Shown here: one piece after another, positions 17,293 to 26,584 of the stretch | How positions within the stretch are numbered: position 1 is the stretch's first letter | Layout: each line of letters starts with the position of its first letter | NCBI GenBank assembly: GCA_027340875.1 | Contig: DAIENX010000007.1 | Location: forward strand, 129,871-193,870 | DNA from: Elusimicrobiota bacterium | GTDB lineage: Bacteria > Elusimicrobiota > Elusimicrobia > Elusimicrobiales > UBA9959 | DNA: 64,000 nucleotides | Direction of reading: 5' to 3' | The notes under the pieces: generated by a model | What the model was told of the DNA's origin: nothing | The model's input: only the letters and a program-made list of their open reading frames with translations | The model's database searches: none | Program-made: the position numbers and the translations under genes

Positions 17293-17966
17293 TTCAGGTC
17301 CTCCAGTATGCCCGCCGCGGCCGCGGCCGGATCCCCGGCCGCTATTATCGGGCGCCCCACTACTATGAAATCCGAGCCGGCCTCCCTGGCCGCCGCCGGC
17401 GTGACCGCGCGCTTCTGGTCGTCGCCCAGCGCGGCGGGCCTGATGCCGGGGGTGATCAGCTTGATGCCCGCCCCGTGGAGCTTCCTGAGCTGGCCGGCCT
17501 CCAGCGGCGAGCAGACAACGCCGTCGGCGCCGCTATCCAGGCCGAGGGCCGCCAGGTTCCTGACGGTCTTGGCTATGCCGCAGCGGTAGCCGGCGCGGAA
17601 CAGGCCGTACTCGTCGAAGCTGGTCAGCACCGTGATGCCCCAGAGCTTCGGGCGCTTCTCGAGCTCCGCGCAGGCCTTCACCATCTCCGCGCCGCCGGAA
17701 AGATGCAGCGAGACGGAGTAGACGCCCATCGCGGCGGCGTTGCGCACGGCGCCTTTTACGGTGTTGGGGATGTCGTGGAACTTGAGGTCCAGGAAGACGC
17801 GCCCGCCGTGCTTGTGGACGAGGTCCACCGCCGCGGGCCCCTCCGCGGTGAACAGCACCGAACCTATCTTGAAGAACTTCACGCGCCCCTCGAGCTTCCG
17901 CAGAAGCGTCTCGGCGGACTTCAGCGTGTCCGTGTCCAGCGCGGCTATCAGTTCGGTCTTGTGCAT
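17289..17966 (-). CDS. pyrF: Orotidine-5'-phosphate decarboxylase
   Basis: DLKFHDIPNTV, TPGIRP, DQKR, VVGRPI. Confidence 0.97.
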   Translation of the reverse strand: MHKTELIAALDTDTLKSAETLLRKLEGRVKFFKIGSVLFTAEGPAAVDLVHKHGGRVFLDLKFHDIPNTVKGAVRNAAAMGVYSVSLHLSGGAEMVKACAELEKRPKLWGITVLTSFDEYGLFRAGYRCGIAKTVRNLAALGLDSGADGVVCSPLEAGQLRKLHGAGIKLITPGIRPAALGDDQKRAVTPAAAREAGSDFIVVGRPIIAAGDPAAAAAGILEDLK

Positions 17967-18011
17967 AGGGGGAGCGGATTAATTATATAAAATCGCCCGC
18001 CTCCCCGCCGG

Positions 18012-19058
18012 CTAATCCCGGGAACCGGGGCGCCAGCCGCTGCGGCGGAGATGGTCGAGTATCTCCTTGACTATGAACGGCCCCTCGTAGACGAGGCCGG
18101 AGTAGACCTGCACCAGGTCCGCGCCCAGGCGCAGCTTCTCCCTAGCGCTCGGGCCGTCGAAAATGCCGCCGGATCCTATGATGGGGACGCGGCCCTTCAC
18201 CAGCGCGGCGGTCTTGGCCAGCACCGCGCTGGAAAGCTCCCTGAGGGGGCGGCCGCTGAGGCCTCCCTCGTACGCCTTCCAGCGCTGCGGCACGGCCGCC
18301 CGGTCCACCGTGGTGTTGGTGGCTATCAGCCCGAACCCTTTCTCCACGGCCAGCGCCGCGGCGCCCTCGAGATCGGCGTCCTCCAGGTCGGGGGCTATCT
18401 TGACGAAGAAAGGCTTGGTCTTTTTGCAGCCGGCCGCGAAGTCGAGCATCGGCTCCACGAGCCGGCGCAGCTTCTCCCCGCGGTGCAGCGAACGCAGCTG
18501 CAGCGTGTTGGGCGAGCTGATGTTGACGGCGAAATAGTCGCCGAACTCGTACATCACCTTCAGCGTCTCCAGGTAGTTCCTGGGGGCGTCCTCGAGGGAG
18601 CAGTCGGCGTTCTTGCCCACGCTGATGCCCACCGGCACAGGAAGCGGCAGCAGCTTCTCCAGCGACTTGGCCGCGGCCCAGGCGCCGGAGTTATTGAAGC
18701 CCATGCGGTTGATTATGGCCCCGTCGTCGCGCAGCCTGAACAGGCGCGGCTTGGGATTGCCGGGCTGCGGCCGCAGCGTGACCGTGCCGAGCTCGAGGAA
18801 ACCGAAACCGAGGCCGGCGAGGAAGCGGGCGGCCTCGCAGTTCTTGTCGAAGCCGGCCGCCAGGCCCACCGGGTTGCGGAACTTCAGCCCGGCCGCGCGC
18901 ACCGGCATGTCGGCCGAGCGCGTCAGGAAGCGGAGCACGGAGTTGAACAGCTCGACGTGCTGCGTCGAGCGCGCGGTCCTGATAAGCGAGTCGTGGACCA
19001 GCTCCGGGTTGAGAGCGAAGAGTATGCGCCTTACAAGCTTCCGGTAGAGGAATCCCAT
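18012..19058 (-). CDS. pyrD: Dihydroorotate dehydrogenase (quinone, class 2)
   Basis: GLAAGFDKN, PQPGNPKPRLFRL, NRMGFNN, NISSPNT, GGLSG. Confidence 0.95.
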   Translation of the reverse strand: MGFLYRKLVRRILFALNPELVHDSLIRTARSTQHVELFNSVLRFLTRSADMPVRAAGLKFRNPVGLAAGFDKNCEAARFLAGLGFGFLELGTVTLRPQPGNPKPRLFRLRDDGAIINRMGFNNSGAWAAAKSLEKLLPLPVPVGISVGKNADCSLEDAPRNYLETLKVMYEFGDYFAVNISSPNTLQLRSLHRGEKLRRLVEPMLDFAAGCKKTKPFFVKIAPDLEDADLEGAAALAVEKGFGLIATNTTVDRAAVPQRWKAYEGGLSGRPLRELSSAVLAKTAALVKGRVPIIGSGGIFDGPSAREKLRLGADLVQVYSGLVYEGPFIVKEILDHLRRSGWRPGSRD

Positions 19059-19094
19059 AGCAGTCCTACAATTCTAGCAAATGACGGGAACCGT

Positions 19095-20366
19095 TCAGCG
19101 GGAAGAGAAGACGACATTCCCGGCGAGGACGGTCAGCGCCGGCCAGCCGCTCAGCCGCCGGCCCACGTAGGGGGAATTGGACGAGCGCGAGACGAACGAG
19201 GAAGGCACGCGCCTGACGGAGGAAGGGTCCAGCACCGTCACGTCCGCGTCGAAGCCGGCGGCCAGCCTGCCCTTGCGCGCGAGACCGAGCAGCCCGGCCG
19301 GGTTGAGCGACGTGAGCGCGGCCAGGCGCTTCTTCGGCAGCCCGTTGGCCCGCACGAGGACGGTCACGCACAGGGGCGCCAGCGTCTCGAGGCCGATTAT
19401 GCCGAACGGCGCGCGGGCGAGCCCGCGGGCCTTCAGCGCGGCCTCGTGCGGGGCGTGGTCGGTGGCGATAACGTCAATGGTGCCGTCGAGAACGGCGCCC
19501 AGCACCGCGTCCCTGTCGGCGGGGGAGCGCAGCGGCGGCTTCATCTTGAAGGAGGCGTCGTCCTTCCTTATGTCCGAGTCGCTCAGCGTGAAATAATGAG
19601 GGCAGGTCTCGCCGGTCACCTTCCAGCCGCAGGCTTTGGCCGCCCGCAGCGCGGCAACGGAGGAGGCCAGGCTCAGGTGCTGCAGGTGTATGGGCCCTGC
19701 GGCGGAAGCGGCGAGGAGGTCGGCCAGCACCGCGTTCAGCTCGGCCGCCGGCGGTATGCCGGGCACGCCGAGCCGCCGCGAGGCGGGCCCCTCGTTTATC
19801 GCTCCGGCGCCGGTCCTGGAAAAGTCCTCCGAGTGGTTCAGCAGCGGCGTCCCGAGCGCGGCGGCGGAACGTATGAGCCCCGGCAGCAGCCGCGGCGGTA
19901 TGGCGGAGCCGTCGTCGGTGAACGCCGCGGCGCCGGCCTTCTTCAGCGCCGCCAGGCGCGAAGGCGAACGCCCGGCACGGCCCGAGGTGGCCGCGGCGGA
20001 AAAATAGAGGTTGGCCGGCAGGCCGGCGGCCCTGGCCCTGTACCTGCGCAGCAGAGCCGGCGAGTCCATCGGCGGTGAGGTGTTAGGCATCAGCAAAGCC
20101 GAAGTAACGCCGCCGGCCGCTGCGGCCGCCGCGGCGCTGGCCAGCGTCTCGGCTGCCTCGGCCCCGGGCTCCCTGGCATGCACGTGCAGGTCCACGAAGC
20201 CCGGGAAGACCCAGAGGCCGGACGCGTCGAACTCCCGGCAGCCGGCGGGGGGGCGTATCCTGCCGCCGGCGCGGACTATGCCGGATCCGGAAAGCAGCAG
20301 GTCGCCCCGCCTCTCTCCGGAGACCGGGTCCACCAGCAGGCCGTTCTTTATCAGGAGACCGCTCAT
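19095..20366 (-). CDS. pyrC: Dihydroorotase (type I, long form)
   Basis: PGFVDLHVHAREPG, MPNT, ETCPHY, ATDHAPH. Confidence 0.93.
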   Translation of the reverse strand: MSGLLIKNGLLVDPVSGERRGDLLLSGSGIVRAGGRIRPPAGCREFDASGLWVFPGFVDLHVHAREPGAEAAETLASAAAAAAAGGVTSALLMPNTSPPMDSPALLRRYRARAAGLPANLYFSAAATSGRAGRSPSRLAALKKAGAAAFTDDGSAIPPRLLPGLIRSAAALGTPLLNHSEDFSRTGAGAINEGPASRRLGVPGIPPAAELNAVLADLLAASAAGPIHLQHLSLASSVAALRAAKACGWKVTGETCPHYFTLSDSDIRKDDASFKMKPPLRSPADRDAVLGAVLDGTIDVIATDHAPHEAALKARGLARAPFGIIGLETLAPLCVTVLVRANGLPKKRLAALTSLNPAGLLGLARKGRLAAGFDADVTVLDPSSVRRVPSSFVSRSSNSPYVGRRLSGWPALTVLAGNVVFSSR

Positions 20367-21022
20367 TTAACCGGGCTGGTCCGGGCGGGCAGGCCCGCGG
20401 CCGGAGAGCTCTCTATGGTGACCTGCCGGGGGCCGAAAGAGCTGTCGCTCTCCCGGTACGCGACCAGTTGCAGCCCCGCCAGCAGCAGCAGCGTAGCCCA
20501 GACGACGTGCAGCGCCCGCTTAGGGCTGAAGCCGTGGGCGGTCTTGGCCAGCACCGCCAGCAGCAGCGCTCCGCCGATGGCCGAATGCCTCGCCAGCACC
20601 TCGCGCCAGGCGGCCTCGTTCACGCGGCTGGCCATCATGAAGTACAGGCACGCGGCGAAAGCCAGCAGGCCGAGGAAGGTCGTCTGCCAGCCGCCGCCCT
20701 CACGGCCGACGGCCACCCTTGTCAGCAGGCTCAAGCCCGCGCCGGTGAAGAGGCAGGCGAAAGCGATGAACAGATAGAAGCCGCGCCGCAGGTTCAGCGC
20801 GGCGGAAAGCTGCTCCAGGCTGCCGCCGCCCGGGTAGGCCACCATCACGGCCAGCATGGCCACCCCGGATATGGCCAGCGCGAAGCCGGCGGCCAGCGCG
20901 GCCCCGCGGCCCTTGTTGTCCAGGGCGTAGGCCTCGGCGGCGCCGAGCAGTATCAGGGCCGCGCCCTGCAGCGAGTGTATCAGGTTGGAAGCGCGGGTGA
21001 AATCAGCGTAATCTATGGTCAT
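20363..21022 (-). CDS. Hypothetical integral membrane protein (about 6 TM)
   Basis: Hydrophobic segments with intramembrane His residues; coupled to pyrC. Confidence 0.7.
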   Translation of the reverse strand: MTIDYADFTRASNLIHSLQGAALILLGAAEAYALDNKGRGAALAAGFALAISGVAMLAVMVAYPGGGSLEQLSAALNLRRGFYLFIAFACLFTGAGLSLLTRVAVGREGGGWQTTFLGLLAFAACLYFMMASRVNEAAWREVLARHSAIGGALLLAVLAKTAHGFSPKRALHVVWATLLLLAGLQLVAYRESDSSFGPRQVTIESSPAAGLPARTSPVK

Positions 21023-21405
21023 TTCTTCTTGCCACGCCGGGTCGGCCCGGAAAGATAGAAATACAGACCGGAGACGCCGGTGCCGATGAACAGCAGCCAG
21101 AGCGGGCTGGAAAGGCCCGGCGCTCCGGAGACCGGAACCTCGGGAGCTGGGGCTGAAGCCGGCTCAGGAGCGGGTGTCTTCGCGGCCTCTTTCTCCGGCT
21201 TGGGCTCCGCCTGCCTCATGGCCGCGCGCGTTTTGCCGGCCGCGGACGTCGCTGGAGGCAATGGCTCCCGCAGCGAGGCGGCGACGAACGGGGAGGTCCG
21301 CTTGGAGCCCGCGGAACAGGCGTCGGCGCTCTTCGCGCAGCCGGGATCCGCGGCGCGCAGCGCGGGAGCGGCCAGCAGCAGGGCGAGGATAAGCGTAGTT
21401 TTCAT
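21019..21405 (-). CDS. Hypothetical exported protein with C-terminal TM anchor and basic tail
   Basis: Signal peptide, CAKSADAC, Pro/Ala linker, PLWLLFIGTGVSGLYFYL, RRGKKK. Confidence 0.7.
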   Translation of the reverse strand: MKTTLILALLLAAPALRAADPGCAKSADACSAGSKRTSPFVAASLREPLPPATSAAGKTRAAMRQAEPKPEKEAAKTPAPEPASAPAPEVPVSGAPGLSSPLWLLFIGTGVSGLYFYLSGPTRRGKKK

Positions 21406-21956
21406 GGCTTGTTGTAGGAGGAGAACTGGTCTTTGGTCTTGCGCGGACGCGGGGCGGGGTTTTCGGCCGGGTAGCCTACCGAGATGAGCACCTGTATGCG
21501 GCGCCCGGGACCTACGCCCAGGGCTTTGCCGGCCGCCTTAGCGTTGAACCAGCCCAGCCAGCAGGTCCCCAGCCCCTGCTCCGCGGCGGCCAGCACGAAA
21601 TGCTCGGCGGAGATTCCGACGTCTACCAGACGGAAATTGGTGTCCTGCACCTGGTTGCCGAGCCAGGCTGTCAGCTTCCCGGTGTCCGAGACCACGGCGA
21701 CCATTACGGGCGCCTTGGCGGCGAACTTGCAGGCGGCGTAGACCCCGCTGAAAGCGGCCGCGCAGAACTTCTCCTTCAGGACGGGCTCGTCTATCACGAC
21801 GAAGCGGCAGGGCTGGGCGTTGCAGGCCGACGGGGCCAGCCTGGCGGCCTCCAGGCAGATGTCCAGCTTCGCCCTCTCCACGGGGGCGGGACTATAGCTG
21901 CGGATGCTGCGGCGCGCGGCCGCGAGCGCCAGGAAGGGGGAACGCTGCATTCCCAT
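21402..21956 (-). CDS. Nitroreductase family protein (start may be ATG 21950)
   Basis: RRSIRSY, ARLAPSACNAQP, GLGTCWLG. Confidence 0.92.
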   Translation of the reverse strand: MGMQRSPFLALAAARRSIRSYSPAPVERAKLDICLEAARLAPSACNAQPCRFVVIDEPVLKEKFCAAAFSGVYAACKFAAKAPVMVAVVSDTGKLTAWLGNQVQDTNFRLVDVGISAEHFVLAAAEQGLGTCWLGWFNAKAAGKALGVGPGRRIQVLISVGYPAENPAPRPRKTKDQFSSYNKP

Positions 21957-22000
21957 ATTTTATAATATAGCGTGGCCTTATTGGCCGGGAGGCTAGCGCT

Positions 22001-22339
22001 ATGAACGACTGGAAGGACAACGTGGATTTCGCGATGACCGTGTGCGACGCCGAGGGGAAGATAACGCTGATGAACGCCAAGGCCGCCGCCACCTTCGCCA
22101 AGAGCGGCGGCGCGGAGCTGGTGGGCAAAAGCCTGCTCGACTGCCACCCGGAACCTTCGAAGACGAAGCTTAAAGACCTGCTCTCCTCTCCGCGGCTCAA
22201 CGCCTACACGATAGAGAAGAACGGCGTGAAGAAGCTTATCTACCAGGCGCCGGTGATGGAGGGAGGAAAGCTCGCCGGCATAGTGGAACTCTCGCTGCCG
22301 CTGCCCGCCGAAATGCCGCACTTCGTCCGAAAACCCTGA
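22001..22339 (+). CDS. Stand-alone PAS-domain protein
   Basis: MTVCDAEGKITLMN...LVGKSLLDCHPEP...GIVELS; SD GGAGG. Confidence 0.85.
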   Translation: MNDWKDNVDFAMTVCDAEGKITLMNAKAAATFAKSGGAELVGKSLLDCHPEPSKTKLKDLLSSPRLNAYTIEKNGVKKLIYQAPVMEGGKLAGIVELSLPLPAEMPHFVRKP

Positions 22340-22372
22340 TGCCGGCAACGCCGACCGGCGCAGTTTCCAGGA

Positions 22373-24148
22373 TCAGAGCGCGCCGGAGCGCTGGAAGCGG
22401 CGGGCCAGGTCGGCGCCGGAGAGGAAGAACAGCGTAGGGCGCCCGTGCGGGCAGTGGAAACTGTCTTTCGTCCCGCGCAGGTCCTCCATCAGGCGCAGCG
22501 CCTCCTGCGGCTTCACGAAGTCGTGCGCCTTTATCGACTTCTTGCAGGCCATCGTGGCTATGATGTTTCGCTTCATGTCCTCGGCGGCCTTCTCGGGCTC
22601 GCCCAGCACCTCGGACAGGTAGCCCAAAAACTCCGCGAAGGCGGGCTGCGTGAAATAGAACAGCGCAGGGGCCGCGCGCAGCAGCGCCACCGCCGGGCCG
22701 CGCTGCTCCACCTCGAAGCCGGCACTCTTCAGCCAGTCCTTCCACTTGAGCACCGTCTCCATCTGGGAGCGGGAAAGCTCGGTCTCCAGCGGCACCAGCA
22801 GCGGCTGCACCTTGACCGAGCCCTTGTCGAACTCCCCCAGGTACTTCTCGAACAGCACGCGCTCCTGCGCGGCGTGCTGGTCCACCACCAGCAGGCCGGC
22901 GTCGGTCTCGAAGAGCAGGTAGCTCTTGGCCAGCTGGCCCAGGTAGGAGAGGTCGTGGGCGCGCCAGTCTGCCGCTGCGGGAGCGGCACCCGCCGCGGGT
23001 CCCGCGGGAACGGAAGAGGCCGCGTCGAACAGACCGCCGGTCTCCGCGGCCGCGGACGGGGCGGCGCCGGCCTCGCGGTAGGCCGGCACGTCGGGAGCGG
23101 AAAAAGGTTTCGCGCCGGCTTCGGGGGCCAGGGCCACGGCGGCGGTCTGCTTCGAAAGGAGCTCCTCGTAGACGCAGCCGGAGACGGTCTTGAAGATCTC
23201 GTTCTCCGACGAGAACTTCACGTCCCGCTTCTGCGGGTGGATGTTGGCGTCGAAAGCGCCCGGGTCCAGCTCCACGAACAGCGCGCAGGCTGGATGGCGG
23301 CCGGTCAGCATGTGGCCGTAGCCGCGGTAGAGGGCCTGCCGCAGCAGCGCCGAGGAGACGGGGCGGCGGTTGACGAAAAAGTGCTGGTTGACGCGCGTGG
23401 AGGCCAGCGCGTCCGGCCTGGACACCAGGCCGTAGACGGCCATGCCCGGGGTCTTGCTCTCCACGCGGGCCAGGCCGCCGTAGACGCCTTTGCCGAAGAT
23501 GACCGCCGCGCGGTTCTTGAGGTTCTCCCACATGCCCCCGGGCAGGGAAGGCAGATCGAGGATCCCGGCGCCGTCTATAACCAGGCGGAAAGAGACGCCG
23601 GGGCTGGCCAGCGCGGCCTCTTCCACCGCGCGTATCAGGTGCGAGCGCTCCGCCGCGTCGCTCTTCATGAACTTGGCCCGGGCCGGCGTGTTGAAGAACA
23701 GGTCCGCGGCCTCTATCGTGGTGCCTTTCACCGGGGGGGCCGGCAGCTCGGCGATCACCTTCCCTCCCTCGCCCTCTATCGAATAGCCGGAATCCGCGCC
23801 GGCCTTGAAGGAGGTCAGCTTCAGCCTGGACACCGCGAAGACGGAATAAAGGGCCTCGCCGCGGAAGCCGAAAGTGGCCAGCGAGTAGAGGTCGTCGAAG
23901 GCGCCGAGCTTGCTGGTGGCGTGACGGCCCAGCGCCAGCCGCAGGTCCTCGCGGTCCATGCCGCGCCCGTCGTCGTGCACGCGGATCAGGCCGCGGCCGG
24001 CCTTTTTTATCTCGATATCCACGCGCGAGGCGCCTGCGTCCAGGGAGTTCTCTATCAGCTCCTTGAGCACCGAGGCGGGACGCTCGATGACCTCGCCGGC
24101 GGCGATCTTGGACACCACATCTTCGGGCAGCACTTTTATCTCTGGCAT
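22373..24148 (-). CDS. mutL: DNA mismatch repair protein MutL (endonuclease-motif type)
   Basis: IAAGEVIERPASV, GFRGEAL, DQHAAQERVLFE, CPHGRP. Confidence 0.97.
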   Translation of the reverse strand: MPEIKVLPEDVVSKIAAGEVIERPASVLKELIENSLDAGASRVDIEIKKAGRGLIRVHDDGRGMDREDLRLALGRHATSKLGAFDDLYSLATFGFRGEALYSVFAVSRLKLTSFKAGADSGYSIEGEGGKVIAELPAPPVKGTTIEAADLFFNTPARAKFMKSDAAERSHLIRAVEEAALASPGVSFRLVIDGAGILDLPSLPGGMWENLKNRAAVIFGKGVYGGLARVESKTPGMAVYGLVSRPDALASTRVNQHFFVNRRPVSSALLRQALYRGYGHMLTGRHPACALFVELDPGAFDANIHPQKRDVKFSSENEIFKTVSGCVYEELLSKQTAAVALAPEAGAKPFSAPDVPAYREAGAAPSAAAETGGLFDAASSVPAGPAAGAAPAAADWRAHDLSYLGQLAKSYLLFETDAGLLVVDQHAAQERVLFEKYLGEFDKGSVKVQPLLVPLETELSRSQMETVLKWKDWLKSAGFEVEQRGPAVALLRAAPALFYFTQPAFAEFLGYLSEVLGEPEKAAEDMKRNIIATMACKKSIKAHDFVKPQEALRLMEDLRGTKDSFHCPHGRPTLFFLSGADLARRFQRSGAL

Positions 24149-24171
24149 AGGAAGATTTTATCAATTCCGGC

Positions 24172-24912
24172 TCAGCCCAGCATCCGGTTGCCCATCATCA
24201 CCAGGTTCACCATGGCGTGCATCATCACGTTGACCGGCAGCCGCCGCTCCTTCTCGTAGACCCAGCAGAAATACAGGCCTACCGGCAGCATCAGCGGGGC
24301 GGCCGCGCCGTGGAAGAGCGCGAAAAAGGCCGCCGAGCAGCCGGCGCTGTACCAGAAGCCGCGGGAGGCGCGCAGCGAGGCGAAGAGGACGCGCCTGAAG
24401 AAGAGCTCCTCGGCCAGCGGGCCGAGCGCGCAGGCCGTCAGCAGCGACGGCAGCAGCCGCCACGGCGAGACCGCCGCCACCTTGCGCAGGATCACGCCCT
24501 CGCGCGCGGCCGGCGCGGAGACAGGCTGCAGCAGCGTTTTCATGCCGTGATCGCCCAGCAGCAGCCAGAGGCCGGACAGGACCACGGCGATGGCGGCGGC
24601 GAGCAGCACGTAGCCGCCGAAATATTTCAGGGCCTTGAGCAGGTCGTCCGGGAATTTCCGCTTCCAGTCCGCCAGCGCCGTCCGCCAGTCGGCGCCGAGG
24701 CGCGCCAGCAGCGCGGCGGAGGCGGCGGCGGTGCCCAGCATCGCCGGGGCTATGGACTCCAGGGGGGTGAAGCGCAGGCGCAGCAGCTCCTCCGCCAGGG
24801 CGGGCAGGGCGGAGAGCACGGCGTGCAGGAAGACTATGAAGGCGGAGAATGCCAGCAGGCGCACGCCGTCGCGGCACGTGGCCGCGCCGCCGAAAGGGTC
24901 GTTAGCCTCCAT
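24172..24912 (-). CDS. CPBP/Abi (CAAX protease-like) intramembrane metalloprotease
   Basis: EELFFR, FALFH, MMHAMVN motifs. Confidence 0.9.
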   Translation of the reverse strand: MEANDPFGGAATCRDGVRLLAFSAFIVFLHAVLSALPALAEELLRLRFTPLESIAPAMLGTAAASAALLARLGADWRTALADWKRKFPDDLLKALKYFGGYVLLAAAIAVVLSGLWLLLGDHGMKTLLQPVSAPAAREGVILRKVAAVSPWRLLPSLLTACALGPLAEELFFRRVLFASLRASRGFWYSAGCSAAFFALFHGAAAPLMLPVGLYFCWVYEKERRLPVNVMMHAMVNLVMMGNRMLG

Positions 24913-24928
24913 GCCCGGGGGTCCCGGC

Positions 24929-26092
24929 TCAGGGCCGCGGGGCGGGGGCCTGGCCGGCCTTGGCTATGTAATCCAGCGCGTAGGTATAGCCGCCGAGCTC
25001 GCCGGTGACGGCTGAGCCGACCACCGGCAGGCCGGCCGCCTCGAAGGCCGCGGCCTTGTCCTGCATGGCTTTCCTGGCGTCCTTGTCAAAGGTGAAGGTC
25101 TCCTGGGCCTGGTAGGTCTCCACGGCGGCGGACTGCACCACCCCGGAGTGCTGGTAGAAGTTCTGCACCAGGAAATCCACGCCGTAGGAATAATCGCCGC
25201 CGACCGGCCTGGACACGGAGGAGAGCGGCGGCACGCCGGCTTTCCGGAACAGCGGCTCGGCGGCCTTGCCGGCGGCCAGCGCGTTCTTCTCGAACGGGAA
25301 GGTCTCCCTGGCGTCGTAGCGGAGCACGGAGTACTGCGGCCTGGGGGCGGCTTTGCCGGTCTTGACCGCGTATTCCACCTGCACGGCATAATCCCCGTCG
25401 GGGCGGCTCACGGCCTTGCCGCGTATCGCGGGCACGCCGGCCTGCCTGAAAAGGGACAGGTAGTAGGCGATGTTCTTCTTGGCCTCGCTCTCGAAGGTGA
25501 ACTTGCCGCCGGTGTACTCCCTGAACTTGACGTCGTATTCCGGAGCCCGCTGCAGCACGTCGGTCACCAGGTAGTCCACGGCGAAGGCGCCGTCGCCGCC
25601 GGAATCGTAGGTATAGGAGCCGACCACGGACAGCCTGGCCGCGCGGAAGGCGGCGGCGCAGTCGTTCATCGCGGCCGCGGCGCTCTGCGAGGGCCAGTAT
25701 GAGGAACCGTTATCGTAGGTCGCCACCAGCACGGCCGGCGGCAGCGCGGCCCCGGCCTTGACCGTCGGGATGTAATCTATCGCGAAGCTGTAATCGCTGC
25801 CGGCGGGAACGACCCGGCCGCCCAGGGTGGCGATGCCGGCGGCGTTGAGGTCCCGTATGCGGGCTTCCATCGCGGGTTTCGCCTGGCTCTCGAAACTGAA
25901 GGTCTCGTCGGTAGTATAGGCCGCTATCTGGACGCCGGGAGGGATCACCGGCGGCTGGCCGTGCGGAACCGGCACCGCCGGCTGGGCGCCGTGCACGCTG
26001 CCGGCGGTATATGAGTTCAGGACGAAATCCTGCGAGAAGGACGGCGTCGCCAGGACAAAAAAGGATATTGCGGCGGCTACTGTGTTCAGCAT
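24929..26092 (-). CDS. Secreted protein built from five ~60-aa internal repeats
   Basis: Start ATG 26092 after GGAGG; signal peptide; repeats such as ETFSFESQAK..AAG..DYSFAIDY. Confidence 0.8.
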   Translation of the reverse strand: MLNTVAAAISFFVLATPSFSQDFVLNSYTAGSVHGAQPAVPVPHGQPPVIPPGVQIAAYTTDETFSFESQAKPAMEARIRDLNAAGIATLGGRVVPAGSDYSFAIDYIPTVKAGAALPPAVLVATYDNGSSYWPSQSAAAAMNDCAAAFRAARLSVVGSYTYDSGGDGAFAVDYLVTDVLQRAPEYDVKFREYTGGKFTFESEAKKNIAYYLSLFRQAGVPAIRGKAVSRPDGDYAVQVEYAVKTGKAAPRPQYSVLRYDARETFPFEKNALAAGKAAEPLFRKAGVPPLSSVSRPVGGDYSYGVDFLVQNFYQHSGVVQSAAVETYQAQETFTFDKDARKAMQDKAAAFEAAGLPVVGSAVTGELGGYTYALDYIAKAGQAPAPRP

Positions 26093-26173
26093 TGTGCCTC
26101 CCTGTACCCTTAAATTATAATAATTACGCGCCGGCAGGTCATGGGCCAATAGGCCATGCCGCCGGTAGGCCGT

Positions 26174-26584
26174 ATGGACAAGAACAGGAACTGGCTCGAT
26201 TACTTCTACTACGCGGCGCCAGCCTGGTTGCTGCTGGAGACCTTTTTCTGGCCCAACTTCAGGGCCGGCGCCGTGACCGGCGGCTCCTTCTGGGGGAACC
26301 TGGCCTTCTACTCGGCCGAGGGCGGGCTGGGGGCCGCGCTCTATTTCCACCTGCCCTACGCCAGGCCGGCCGCGCTCCTGGAGAACGCGGCGCTGGTAGT
26401 GGTCTATATGAAGTTCATCCTGTTCGCGCCGTGGGACATAGCGGCGAACATCGCCGACCCGGGAGCGGGAGAGGCCGCCTCGGCCTACGCCGCCGCGCTG
26501 CCCGGCGCGCTGTACTCCTGCTGCCACGTGATGCTACGGCTGCGCTCGGAACTGGACCGCCGCGGCGGAAAGTTCAATCCTTGA
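26174..26584 (+). CDS. Hypothetical membrane protein
   Basis: About four hydrophobic segments; codon style matches neighbours; alternative start 26156. Confidence 0.65.
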   Translation: MDKNRNWLDYFYYAAPAWLLLETFFWPNFRAGAVTGGSFWGNLAFYSAEGGLGAALYFHLPYARPAALLENAALVVVYMKFILFAPWDIAANIADPGAGEAASAYAAALPGALYSCCHVMLRLRSELDRRGGKFNP

